The notes below the pieces were generated by a model that worked only from the letters and a program-made list of their open reading frames with translations, had not been told where the DNA came from and did no database searches. This document shows, piece by piece, positions 40,900-50,829 of a stretch of 64,000 nucleotides of DNA (position 1 is its first letter; every line of letters starts with the position of its first letter). The stretch comes from an uncultured delta proteobacterium (lineage in GTDB: Bacteria; Desulfobacterota; Desulfobacteria; Desulfobacterales; QNYZ01): NCBI GenBank assembly GCA_963845145.1, contig CAWJQU010000002.1, positions 1 to 64,000 of the forward strand, given 5' to 3'. Position numbers and translations under genes: made by a program.

Positions 40900-43344
40900 A
40901 TGCCAAATCAATTACCCGATCAGGTACAGGTGGTTATCATTGGCGGGGGAATCGTGGGCTGTAGCGTGGCTTATCACCTGACCAAACTCGGCTGGTCGGA
41001 TGTTTTGGTTCTGGAGCGAAAGGAGATCGGGTCCGGAACCACCTGGGCCGCTGCCGGTTTGCTGACTCAATTGCGCCAGAATCAGGAAATGACCAATCTG
41101 GCGAAATACACGGTCGACCTTTACGCAGGTTTGGAAGCCGAAACCGGAGTGGCCACAGGATTCCGAAGAAATGGCACCGTACACGTTTGCCAGACCGATG
41201 ATCGGCGAACGGAGTTGCTCCGTTCCGCAGCCATGGCCCGGGCCTTCAATATGGAAATGAGTGAAATCAGCGTCAAAGAAGCGGCCGATCAGGTGCCGGG
41301 CATGAGCATCGAAGGGCTGGTTGCCGCGTTTCAGGTGCCCTATGACGGCGTCACCAACCCCATTGAGACCACTCGCGCGCTGGCCAAAGGCGCCAAAATG
41401 GGTGGGGCCACCATTCTGGAAAATATCAAGGTGACCGACATTAAAGTAAAGAATAGCCGTATTTGCGGCGTGGCCACCGATCATGGCGATATTACCAGCG
41501 AATATGTGGTCAATTGCGCGGGGATGTGGGGCCGTCAGATCGGCCAACTGGTGAATGTCAGTATTCCCTTACATGCCGCCGAACACATGCATGCCGTCAC
41601 CATGCCCATTGAAGGGTTAAAAAAGCACTTCCCAACCGTCCGCGATTTTGACGGCGAGACCTATTTCAAGTCCGAATCCGACGGCATCCTTTTCGGCGGT
41701 TTCGAGGCGATATCCAAACCCTGGGGTATGAAGGGGATTCCAGACAAGTTCATGTACACTGAACTCCAGGAGGACTGGGACCAGTTTCAGCCATTCATGG
41801 ATTGCGCCCTGCAACGGTTTCCCGCCATGGAAACCGCCCAGATTCGGCATCTATCCATTGTGCCTGAAAGCTTTACGCCCGACACGGCCTTTATGGTGGG
41901 TGAAGCGCCGGAGGTCAAAAATTTCTTTGTGGGCTGTGGCATGAATTCCGTGGGAATTCAAAGTGCCGGCGGTGTGGGGCGTGCCCTGGCCCATTGGATA
42001 GTCGAGGGACGCCCCGAAGAACAACTATGGCCGGTGGATGTCAAACGATACTTTCCATGGCAACAAAACGCCCGCTATCTCCATGATCGAACAGTTGAAG
42101 CGGTTGGTGTCCTGTATCATCATCACTACCCCAACCGACAAAAAACCACAGCCCGTCCGGTTATCTGCTCGCCGACGCACCATCGCCTGGCCGAAAATGG
42201 CGCCGCCTTTGCCATGACCGCCGGCTGGGAACGGGCCGATTGGTTTGCACCTGCCGGCGTAACCCCGGAACATCAATACAGCTGGGAAAAGCCAAATTGG
42301 TTTGAATACCAGCGCCAAGAACACATGGCCGTCCGAGACGGCGTCGGGCTTTACGATTTAACCTCCATGGGCAAGATACTCGTCCAGGGCCCGGATGCCG
42401 AAGCGTTTCTTCAAAATATTTGCGCCAATAATGTGGCTGTGCCTGTAGGAAAAGTCGTCTACACACCGATATTAAACGATCGAGGCGGCTTTGAAACCGA
42501 TGTAACGGTGACCCGTTTTTCCGATGAGTCGTTTTTTATCGTCACCGCCGGGGCAACCCTGGTCCGTGATTTTGACTATTTTAAACGTCTTCTGGCCAGA
42601 GACGCCCGGGCCACCATCACCGATGTCACTTATGGTTACGCGATGTTGGCCGTCATGGGACCCCAGGCACGCACCCTGCTCGAAAAGTTGACCGATGCCG
42701 ATCTCTCAAATGCCGGATTCCCCTATGGAACCGCCCGGGAAATCGACCTGGCTTATGCCCGACCCTGGGCGCTTAGAATGTCTTACGTCGGTGAACTGGG
42801 ATGGGAGCTGTATATCCCCACCATGTTTACCCTTCCCCTGTTTGATGCCATCCTGGCCGAGGGCCGACAAGCCGGATTGCGCCTCGTCGGCATGCAGGCT
42901 GTGAACTCTCTACGCTTAGAAGCCGGGTGCCGCCACTGGGAATCGGACATCACACCCGATGATACGCCCTTTGAAGCCGGCATGGGCTTTGGTGTCGATT
43001 TGGAAAAAGGCGAATTCATCGGACGCGATGCTCTGGTGACCCAACAGAAAAACGGCATAAAACGAAAGCTGGTCATGGTCACGCCCAATGATCCCGACAT
43101 CATGCTATACGGCAGTGAACCCATGTATCGGGATGGGGTCTGGATGGATAACCTGCGGTCCGGCGCCTATGGATACAAGGTGGGCTCAGCGGTGGGAATG
43201 GGCTACGTCAAAAATGAGGTGCCGGTTACCACCGATTGGATCCGGGAAGGCACCTACGAAATTGAAGTCCTGGGAAAAATGATACCGGCCACGGTACACA
43301 TTAAAGCACCTTATGACCCCGATAACCTGCGTGTGAGGATGTAA
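40900..43344 (+). CDS. FAD-dependent oxidoreductase with GcvT folate-binding domain (dimethylglycine/sarcosine dehydrogenase family)
   Basis: GGGIVGCS, GSGTTWAAAG, ESFTPD, GWERADWF, SYVGELGWELY, SLRLEAG, PYDP; 814 aa. Confidence 0.92.
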   Translation: MPNQLPDQVQVVIIGGGIVGCSVAYHLTKLGWSDVLVLERKEIGSGTTWAAAGLLTQLRQNQEMTNLAKYTVDLYAGLEAETGVATGFRRNGTVHVCQTDDRRTELLRSAAMARAFNMEMSEISVKEAADQVPGMSIEGLVAAFQVPYDGVTNPIETTRALAKGAKMGGATILENIKVTDIKVKNSRICGVATDHGDITSEYVVNCAGMWGRQIGQLVNVSIPLHAAEHMHAVTMPIEGLKKHFPTVRDFDGETYFKSESDGILFGGFEAISKPWGMKGIPDKFMYTELQEDWDQFQPFMDCALQRFPAMETAQIRHLSIVPESFTPDTAFMVGEAPEVKNFFVGCGMNSVGIQSAGGVGRALAHWIVEGRPEEQLWPVDVKRYFPWQQNARYLHDRTVEAVGVLYHHHYPNRQKTTARPVICSPTHHRLAENGAAFAMTAGWERADWFAPAGVTPEHQYSWEKPNWFEYQRQEHMAVRDGVGLYDLTSMGKILVQGPDAEAFLQNICANNVAVPVGKVVYTPILNDRGGFETDVTVTRFSDESFFIVTAGATLVRDFDYFKRLLARDARATITDVTYGYAMLAVMGPQARTLLEKLTDADLSNAGFPYGTAREIDLAYARPWALRMSYVGELGWELYIPTMFTLPLFDAILAEGRQAGLRLVGMQAVNSLRLEAGCRHWESDITPDDTPFEAGMGFGVDLEKGEFIGRDALVTQQKNGIKRKLVMVTPNDPDIMLYGSEPMYRDGVWMDNLRSGAYGYKVGSAVGMGYVKNEVPVTTDWIREGTYEIEVLGKMIPATVHIKAPYDPDNLRVRM

Positions 43345-43474
43345 AACCCCAGATCAATTTCCACTGGGTCATTGGCCTGTTCTCCGGTTGATTCACGTAT
43401 TGATATAAACCGGTGAACGGGCCAGCCTGAGCCCCGGCTAAAGACCTGAGGCTGCTTCACGCCTCCCCCTTGCC

Positions 43475-44023
43475 TCAAGAAACCTTTGTGAGCACAACGG
43501 CCCGACTCAACAAAACCTTCGGCTGGTCGGTAACTTGAAACCCCACCTGGGTGGCCATCTCCAACATTGTTCGAAAACGACCTTTAGTCACATGAAATTT
43601 TGGCTCGACAATGAGGAAGGCCCCTTCCGGCGATAAAAATGATAGAACCTCTTGTAGAAAATGCAGGGTATCGGGAACTTCGTGCACCATGTAAAACGCA
43701 TTGATGAAATCAAATGTGTCTTTAACCGGTATCTTATCCACTTGACTCAAACAGGTTTCAACACGGCCAGCCAAACCGGATTTATTGATCCGCCGTTCCA
43801 CCTTTGCCAGCATCTCCGGCTGGATATCTACCGCAACCACCTTGCCCGGTTCGCCAACCAACTTGGCCATGCCCACCACGGCAAATCCCGCCCCACAGCC
43901 TACGTCCATTACCCGCATACCGGGTTTCACATAAGGACTGAACAGCTTTTCGGGATTATGCAATAGCGGTCGCAGGAAGTTGTCAAAGGTCCAGACATGC
44001 CGATGGGAACATATATGTCCCAT
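43475..44023 (-). CDS. Class I SAM-dependent methyltransferase
   Basis: VMDVGCGAG, VVAVDIQPEML, MVHEV. Confidence 0.88.
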   Translation of the reverse strand: MGHICSHRHVWTFDNFLRPLLHNPEKLFSPYVKPGMRVMDVGCGAGFAVVGMAKLVGEPGKVVAVDIQPEMLAKVERRINKSGLAGRVETCLSQVDKIPVKDTFDFINAFYMVHEVPDTLHFLQEVLSFLSPEGAFLIVEPKFHVTKGRFRTMLEMATQVGFQVTDQPKVLLSRAVVLTKVS

Positions 44024-44327
44024 TTCATCACCTCGCTCAATCTAACATTGATTTACAATGGGTGGCGGTCAAATTTCCCCTATACTATTCAGACCAATAT
44101 GGGCGGACTATATTGCCCATTATCTGTTCATTTTGAGTAACACGTCGGCATAACCGATCGATTTCATAGGGTACGATTACTTGACACCCTCGCCCTTCTA
44201 AAATAAAACGGCACTTCCATCGTCTTTAATTCGAAACTTTATATGAAGCCATTCGTTGATAGGATTCATCGTCACGCTTACACTGAATTCTCAACATAGC
44301 CAACCCAAGCCCGGAAATAAAAACACA

Positions 44328-44963
44328 ATGAACATACAAACACTATTGCTGATTGCACCACCGATTTTATTGGCCCTAACCTTTCACGAGTATGCACATG
44401 CGTACATTGCCTACTTGTATGGCGATGATACTGCCAAGCAACAGGGCCGATTATCCCTAAACCCACTACGCCACCTGGATCCGCTGGGAACGATCATGAT
44501 ATTCCTCGTCCATTTCGGGTGGGCGAAACCCGTCCCGGTTAATCCATCCCGCCTGAAAAACCCCAAAAATGACATGCTTTGGATAAGCGCGGCCGGACCG
44601 CTATCGAATATGGGGTTGGCAATAATCAGCGGCATTCTGCTAAGACTGCTTTACGCCATGGCCGGCATGCCTGAACAGTATTCATTTATGGGTACATTGA
44701 TATTTATGGTATATATGAGCCTGCAGATCAACCTGGCGCTGGCCATTTTCAATATCCTTCCTATTGCACCGCTGGATGGCTCCAAAATCTTATCCGGGGT
44801 GTTACCGGACAAGCACGCCAACATCATTCACTTTTTAGAACGCTACGGGCCGTTTATCCTGATCGGATTAATCCTGTTTGGACAGGCGACGGGTGTATCT
44901 ATTATAGGGAAAATAATCTGGCCCTTTGTGGCATTCTTTACCAAACTTTTTGGGGGGATCTAA
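44328..44963 (+). CDS. Site-2 protease (peptidase M50)
   Basis: HEYAH, LNPLRHLDPLG, GWAKPVPVN, AGP, FNILPIAPLDG. Confidence 0.93.
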   Translation: MNIQTLLLIAPPILLALTFHEYAHAYIAYLYGDDTAKQQGRLSLNPLRHLDPLGTIMIFLVHFGWAKPVPVNPSRLKNPKNDMLWISAAGPLSNMGLAIISGILLRLLYAMAGMPEQYSFMGTLIFMVYMSLQINLALAIFNILPIAPLDGSKILSGVLPDKHANIIHFLERYGPFILIGLILFGQATGVSIIGKIIWPFVAFFTKLFGGI

Positions 44964-45035
44964 TGACAGAACAATAAGGGCAGAGTTGAACATTTTTTGA
45001 CAGATTATCTTCATACCCAAATGATAAATTTGTAT

Positions 45036-45080
45036 TTGACAATGAAGCTATAATTGGTTATATTCGCATATAACGATATG
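45036..45080 (+). promoter_or_regulatory. sigma70 promoter with overlapping ArsR-type palindrome
   Basis: TTGACA-17 bp-TATATT; GTTATA-ttcgca-TATAAC inverted repeat over the -10; related ATATCGTTATATAAC at ~45462. Confidence 0.6.
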
Positions 45081-45088
45081 GAGATACT

Positions 45089-45433
45089 ATGAAATCATTT
45101 GTTAAAGTAATGAAAGCGCTATCTGACCCGAACCGTGTCAAAATTATCAAGGTGCTGCAACAAAAAAAAATGTGCGTCTGTGAGCTGCAGGGAGCCTTAG
45201 GTATAGCCCAGTCAACGGTATCCAAACATCTGAGAATACTTGAAGAGGCTGGTTTAGTTGACTACAAAAAAGATGGCCTCTGGGTAAACTATTTTCTTGC
45301 AAACGGCAAAGGCAGCCCCTATGCAGCCTGCTTATTAGGCAATCTTCAGCACTGGCTGAACGAAGATTCTGACGTTGCTGAATTGATGAAAAAAGCGCCG
45401 TTTATAAACCGGGAAGATATCTGCGGGAATTAA
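45089..45433 (+). CDS. arsR: ArsR/SmtB-family repressor
   Basis: KALSDPNR, MCVCEL, QSTVSKHLRILEEAGLV. Confidence 0.9.
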   Translation: MKSFVKVMKALSDPNRVKIIKVLQQKKMCVCELQGALGIAQSTVSKHLRILEEAGLVDYKKDGLWVNYFLANGKGSPYAACLLGNLQHWLNEDSDVAELMKKAPFINREDICGN

Positions 45434-45567
45434 TTTTTTCCTTAATATTTTTTTCCTTAATATATCGTTATATAACTATTTAACGTTTTATTTTACAAAC
45501 AACCGAAGTATTTTTAAAAAAAACATAGGTTCGGTATCGGACAAGAAGAGAACAAGGAAATTCAAAA

Positions 45568-46953
45568 ATGAGTGAAATCGTCGCAATCACGGAACAAAGT
45601 GCTGGTATCGAACACCCTTCGAAAATCGAACAGGTGGACGCTCAGCCGAGTCTGATCGAATGGAAAACAATATGGAAGCCATTGGGCCTCATCGCCGGCG
45701 TTTTTCTTCTGTTTTTCTGGCTACCCATTGATAATGATCGATTCACAGGGGCGGTGATCGAATCATTGGCTTTAACCAAATGGTATGCCCAGGAGCATGT
45801 ACTGCTGTGTCTGGTACCCGCATTTTTCATCGCCGGTGCCATTTCGGTATTTGTGTCCCAGGCCACGGTCATAAAATACCTGGGCGCTGGGACCAAAAAG
45901 GTTCTCTCTTATGGTGTGGCCTCGGTTTCAGGCACCATCCTGGCTGTCTGCTCGTGTACGGTGTTGCCACTATTCGCAGGAATATGGAAACGCGGTGCCG
46001 GTCTTGGCCCGGCGATAGCTTTTCTTTATTCCGGACCGGCTATCAATGTGCTGGCAATCGTACTCACGGCCCGGATACTAGGCCCGGAGATAGGTCTGGC
46101 CAGGGCCGTGGGGGCCATTGTGTTCAGTATCGTTATCGGGTTGCTCATGCACCTGTTCTTTCGTAAAGAAGAGCAAGTCAAAGCCGATTCAGCCATGCAC
46201 ATGCCTGAACCGGAAGTAGAGCGACCGCTGTGGCAGAATGGGGTTTATTTTGCGGTTATGGTGAGCATTTTAATTTCAGCGACCTGGGGTAAGCCCACAC
46301 AACCGGTCGGAATGTGGCATGCGATTTACAGCGTTAAATGGTTATTGACCGGTTCATTCGCGATTGTCCTGGGTGTGCTGCTGGCGAAATGGTTCCGCGT
46401 GAAACCTTACAAAGTGGTCCTGGGAGCCGTTGTCGTTCTGGCCCTGTCGCTTGTATTCCCCCATGAACCGCTGATTGCTTTTTCAGCCGGTATCATTGCC
46501 CTGGTCATTATGCTAACCTCTACCCGGGGTGAAACCGAGAGTTGGTTTCTGTCCACCTGGGATTTCGCCAAACAGATCTTACCGCTTTTGTTTGCAGGCG
46601 TGTTGGTGGCAGGCCTGCTACTCGGGAGGCCCGGTTCGGAAGGGTTGATTCCCTCGCAATGGATTAGCGGTCTGGTTGGCGGCAACTCTCTGTGGGCCAA
46701 TCTCTTCGCTTCGGTAGTGGGTGCCTTTATGTATTTTGCAACGCTGACCGAAGTGCCGATTTTACAAGGGTTACTAGGGGCCGGTATGGGAAAAGGACCG
46801 GCGTTGGCATTGCTGCTGGCCGGACCGGCGTTGAGCCTGCCCAACATGCTGGTCATCCGCAGCGTGTTGGGTACCAAAAAAACGATCGTATTCGTAGTCC
46901 TGGTGATTACCATGGCCACTATCAGCGGTTTGATTTTCGGACACTATTTTTAA
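45568..46953 (+). CDS. ArsP/DUF318-family permease
   Basis: HVLLCLVPAFFIAG, AVCSCTVLP, FLYSGPAIN, FMYFATLTEVP, LLAGPALSLP. Confidence 0.88.
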   Translation: MSEIVAITEQSAGIEHPSKIEQVDAQPSLIEWKTIWKPLGLIAGVFLLFFWLPIDNDRFTGAVIESLALTKWYAQEHVLLCLVPAFFIAGAISVFVSQATVIKYLGAGTKKVLSYGVASVSGTILAVCSCTVLPLFAGIWKRGAGLGPAIAFLYSGPAINVLAIVLTARILGPEIGLARAVGAIVFSIVIGLLMHLFFRKEEQVKADSAMHMPEPEVERPLWQNGVYFAVMVSILISATWGKPTQPVGMWHAIYSVKWLLTGSFAIVLGVLLAKWFRVKPYKVVLGAVVVLALSLVFPHEPLIAFSAGIIALVIMLTSTRGETESWFLSTWDFAKQILPLLFAGVLVAGLLLGRPGSEGLIPSQWISGLVGGNSLWANLFASVVGAFMYFATLTEVPILQGLLGAGMGKGPALALLLAGPALSLPNMLVIRSVLGTKKTIVFVVLVITMATISGLIFGHYF

Positions 46954-47009
46954 ATCGTTATGCTCAATCTTCAACCAAACACGTCATTAATCTTGCAAAG
47001 GAGAAGACA

Positions 47010-47240
47010 ATGGACATCAAAGTCTTGGGGCCGGGATGCCAGAAATGCATGCAGACAGAAAAGATTGTCAAGAATGCCGTCGCCGAGAGCGGCGTTCAAG
47101 CAACGGTGGAGAAGGTTACCGACATCATGGAAATTGCCGGTTATGGCGTTTTCGTTACACCCGCCGTGGTGGTCGACGGCGATGTCAAATGCGTGGGCAA
47201 AGTCCCCACAGAGGAAATGGTCAAGTCCTGGTTAAAATAA
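47010..47240 (+). CDS. Small thioredoxin-like redox-active disulfide protein
   Basis: MDIKVLGPGCQKC...YGVFVTPAVVVDG; AAGGAG RBS. Confidence 0.9.
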   Translation: MDIKVLGPGCQKCMQTEKIVKNAVAESGVQATVEKVTDIMEIAGYGVFVTPAVVVDGDVKCVGKVPTEEMVKSWLK

Positions 47241-47277
47241 TAGATCTGGCTCGAAAAATAGAAAAGGAGGAAAAACA

Positions 47278-47616
47278 ATGACTGAACAGCGACTTTTGGC
47301 TGAATGGTTCCCGGAGTTTGCGGAACAATTTGACAAGATCGATTCGCTTTACAGGGAAATGCGAACGATCGATGAAAAAACATACCAATTCATCTGTTTT
47401 GCCCTTGCGATAAAAGCGCGCTCTAAGCCGTGTGCATTAAAGCACTTTATGGGCGCCATGGAAGCCGGGGCCACGGTAAAAGAGCTCGCCTACATTTTGG
47501 CCCTTACGATGCGGGAAGCAGCCGGCGGCGACGACTGTTGGACGCATGATGCATTGGGAGATTATAAGAAGCTTATTGCTGAGGGGCTGAAAAGCTCTGA
47601 GTGCTGCGTCAAATAA
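47278..47616 (+). CDS. Carboxymuconolactone decarboxylase/AhpD-like protein
   Basis: IDEKTYQFICFALAI...CALKH..GA..AGAT.KEL. Confidence 0.8.
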   Translation: MTEQRLLAEWFPEFAEQFDKIDSLYREMRTIDEKTYQFICFALAIKARSKPCALKHFMGAMEAGATVKELAYILALTMREAAGGDDCWTHDALGDYKKLIAEGLKSSECCVK

Positions 47617-47656
47617 AAAATACGAGCCCCAGGTGCCGTTTTCCAAATTTTGCCCA

Positions 47657-48472
47657 TCAGCCTAAGGCCACATCGAGCATCATCATCACTGAAAAACCGA
47701 TCATGGTTGTCATCGTTACCAAATCGATGTTGGCGTAATTCCTTTGAGACTCCGGGATCAACTCCTCTACTACGACAAAGATCATGGCTCCGGCGGCAAA
47801 GCAGAGGGCATAAGGCAGAATGGGTTGCATTATCAGGACGAACAGGGCGCCGAAAACCCCGGCAATGGGTTCCACCATACCTGAAGCTTGCCCCATGAAA
47901 AAGCTTTTCCCCTTGGACATCCCCTCTCTTCTCAATGGCATAGATACTGCTGTTCCTTCGGGAAAGTTTTGAAGTCCTATGCCAATGGCCAAGGCTACGG
48001 CACCGCCAATGGTGGCAGAAGGAAGGCCGGCCGCAACAGCGCCAAATGCCACCCCAACAGCTAAACCTTCAGGAATATTGTGAAGCGTAATGGCGAGGAC
48101 CAGAAGTGTACTACGCTGCCATGATGTCTTAACGCCTTCGCTTTTGTCGATACTTAGACCGTGATGAAGGTGGGGTAGAAATTTGTCTGTCAATCGCATA
48201 AATACACCGCCACCCAAAAACCCGATCACGGCCGTCAGCCAGGGTATGTGCCCCAATTGTTCGGCCATCTCTATACCCGGTGCCAGCAGAGACCAGAAGC
48301 TGGCCGCAATCATGACACCAGCGGCAAACCCGAGCATGGAGTCCATTAGCTTCTTGTCGACCGCTTTTGTAAAAAAAACGAGTGCTGCCCCGGCGGCTGT
48401 GACGCCCCAGGTAAAAAGGGTGGCGATGAAGGCCTGCATGACGGGACTGAATTGTTGTATAAAATCGATCAT
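47657..48472 (-). CDS. ZIP-family metal transporter
   Basis: [41 protein letters not shown]. Confidence 0.93.
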   Translation of the reverse strand: MIDFIQQFSPVMQAFIATLFTWGVTAAGAALVFFTKAVDKKLMDSMLGFAAGVMIAASFWSLLAPGIEMAEQLGHIPWLTAVIGFLGGGVFMRLTDKFLPHLHHGLSIDKSEGVKTSWQRSTLLVLAITLHNIPEGLAVGVAFGAVAAGLPSATIGGAVALAIGIGLQNFPEGTAVSMPLRREGMSKGKSFFMGQASGMVEPIAGVFGALFVLIMQPILPYALCFAAGAMIFVVVEELIPESQRNYANIDLVTMTTMIGFSVMMMLDVALG

Positions 48473-48710
48473 CTTATCACCTTTGCTCGGCAATCAATAA
48501 TAAGTGGTTTCGACCAATGCCAAATAGGAAGTGTTATCTTCAAGTTAAAACATCATATCAAATTTGCAATTCGCTATGAGGTATAGGCTTGCATATTAAA
48601 ACCTGCCAAATAACCTGTTTTGCATATTTCCCAAAAAAATTCAGGCAGCACCATAACTGCCAAATCTCAAAGGATCATTGAAACTGATTGGCTTAACGCC
48701 GCCGGTCGAT

Positions 48711-50126
48711 TTATGCCTTAAAATCTTCCTTTCGTAGTCCAAACCGCTTCATTTTCCCATACAATCCCCGCTGATGGATTCCCGCTATCCGGGCGGTTTC
48801 ATCAACCCGCCCGTGTGTCTTGGCAAGGGCCTGTTCAAGGTAGTGTCGTTCGACCTTCTCCATGACCTCCTGCCTTACCTCCGGCAACGTTCTTTTCAAC
48901 ATGTCGATGCCGGCTAAACCTAATCCATCGCATGCCTTGCCGTTCCGAGCGGCACTGTTTTGAAAGGCCTGGGGCAGTTCCGCCATTCCGATCTCATCCG
49001 ATTTACACAACAACATGGCGCGTTCGATTACGTTCATGAGTTCGCGGACATTTCCCGGCCAGTCATACGCGCATAGCGCCTCAACGGCTTCATCGGACAA
49101 CCGGTTAATTTCCCGTCCTATTTTATAACGGAAATGCGTTGTGAACCGACGAATAAGCGTGGGAATGTCTTCCGCTCGATGCCGCAGGGGTGGAATCGTA
49201 AGCATCAAAACACTGAGCCGGTAATAGAGATCCTGGCGGAAGCTTCCCTCGGTTATGGCTTTTTCGAGGTTTTTGTTGGTGGCGGCAATGACACGTACAT
49301 CCAGCTCGATGGTTTTTTCCCCACCAATTGGCTTTATTTCATAATCCTGTAAAACCCGCAGCAGTTTTACCTGAAGGTGGAGGGGCATTTCTCCGATTTC
49401 ATCTAGAAAAAACGTTCCCCGATGCGCCAGTTCAAAGGCGCCCCGGCGATACCGGAGTGCACCGGTAAATGCGCCTTTTTCATGTCCGAAAAGTTCACTT
49501 TCGAGCAATTGTTCCGGCAATGCGGCCGTATTTAACGATATGAACGGTCCCACGGATCGGGGTCCCTGAGCATGTATCGCCTTTGCCAGATGCTCTTTCC
49601 CCACGCCGGTCTCTCCGGTAATCAGGATGGGAGAATCGCTGGGAATGACCTGATTTACTTCCTCCATAAAAATGTTCATGGTCTGACTATCCGCTACGAA
49701 ATCGGAAATTTTCGGCTCCACCACTCCCCGGCGGTCATACCGTTTGCGTTGAATAAACTGCCGTCTCGATTCCAGGACCGTTTCAATGGCCTCAAACAAA
49801 CTTTTTTTGGCGATACCGGTGTAAAGCACGGCATCGGCTCCCGCTGCGGCCAGATGGGCGTGCTCTTCGCGAGAATCGCCAGTGTACAGTACCACTGTTG
49901 TCGGATTCTCGGGCAACTCATTAAGCATGGCGATGCCGTCCTCAACCGGTACCAGAAGGAGGGCTTCACTGATGATGATGACATCGCACCCGCTCTGCAT
50001 GACATTTTGCCATAACAAAGGGGAGGACTTAAATCTTTGAATCTGGACATCGGCGTCTTCAAGCGCCTTTGTGAGGTACTTTTGAATTCCGGTTTCCAGA
50101 ACAGCCAGGCCCACACGAATGATCAC
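48711..50126 (-). CDS. sigma54-dependent transcriptional activator with atypical receiver-like domain
   Basis: GETGVGKE, ESELFGHEKGAFTGA, FLDEIGE, WPGNVREL, C-terminal HTH; N-terminal domain has VIIISE where the phospho-Asp is expected. Confidence 0.92.
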   Translation of the reverse strand: MIIRVGLAVLETGIQKYLTKALEDADVQIQRFKSSPLLWQNVMQSGCDVIIISEALLLVPVEDGIAMLNELPENPTTVVLYTGDSREEHAHLAAAGADAVLYTGIAKKSLFEAIETVLESRRQFIQRKRYDRRGVVEPKISDFVADSQTMNIFMEEVNQVIPSDSPILITGETGVGKEHLAKAIHAQGPRSVGPFISLNTAALPEQLLESELFGHEKGAFTGALRYRRGAFELAHRGTFFLDEIGEMPLHLQVKLLRVLQDYEIKPIGGEKTIELDVRVIAATNKNLEKAITEGSFRQDLYYRLSVLMLTIPPLRHRAEDIPTLIRRFTTHFRYKIGREINRLSDEAVEALCAYDWPGNVRELMNVIERAMLLCKSDEIGMAELPQAFQNSAARNGKACDGLGLAGIDMLKRTLPEVRQEVMEKVERHYLEQALAKTHGRVDETARIAGIHQRGLYGKMKRFGLRKEDFKA

Positions 50127-50420
50127 ACTGACCTCTCTTTCGGTAGCTCGTTACCGATAACTGATAATCACAAACAGAAAAAAACCGATTTTTTCGGTAA
50201 TAATTTACTGTATTTGTCCATTGCTATAGCATAATCCAGGGTGATCGTTTTATCAAATTCTTTTTAATAAAGTGTGTTGTGTGTCAATTGAATATATATA
50301 GGAAATAATCGGCCTTATGGTAAAATTTTTCTATTTTATTCTTTTTTAAGTATTAATTTACTTAAAAAAGATCGGTTTTTAAAACCCCACTTACAACATA
50401 TTGATCTATTTTCAATAAGA

Positions 50421-50466
50421 TATCAAATCGTTATATACTTTTTTTAATGTTGGCATAAAATCTGCT
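50421..50466 (+). promoter_or_regulatory. sigma54 promoter with adjacent IHF-like site
   Basis: TGGCATAAAATCTGCT at 50451-50466 (GG-N10-GC); TATCAAATCGTTA at 50421-50433 fits WATCARN4TTR; divergent sigma54 activator. Confidence 0.75.
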
Positions 50467-50516
50467 GATACCGATTTCATGTTGATGTCCATATGCCGCC
50501 AAAAAAAGGAACAAAA

Positions 50517-50723
50517 ATGAGTTCGTCGGATTACGATGATCAATACGAAGATGATCACTTCAAGAAAATCAAGCCCAAAAGCAGAAAACCGTCCAAATTG
50601 ATTATGGATTCGGAAGAGGAAATCTCCCATAAAAAAAAGCGGGGCGGAAAACGTTCTCACCGGAAATCGACCCTGAAAGAAGAGTTGTGGGAAGAAGCCC
50701 TGAACCCGCGCGCTCGGAAATAA
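50517..50723 (+). CDS. Small highly charged hypothetical protein (68 aa)
   Basis: AAAGGAA RBS; first ORF after the sigma54 promoter; MSSSDYDDQYEDDHFKKIKPK...EEALNPRARK. Confidence 0.6.
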   Translation: MSSSDYDDQYEDDHFKKIKPKSRKPSKLIMDSEEEISHKKKRGGKRSHRKSTLKEELWEEALNPRARK

Positions 50724-50829
50724 CGAACCGGGGAAGGACTTTTAGCTTAAGTGGTGTGATTCGAAAAACAACGAATGTTTGTTGAGAATCCACTTCCAAA
50801 TAAACCTTTGATTTAGGAGATATGGGGAT

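Noticed and set aside
46692..47009. 182-aa version of the thioredoxin-like ORF
   Set aside because: Overlaps the permease; the RBS and family start are at 47010.
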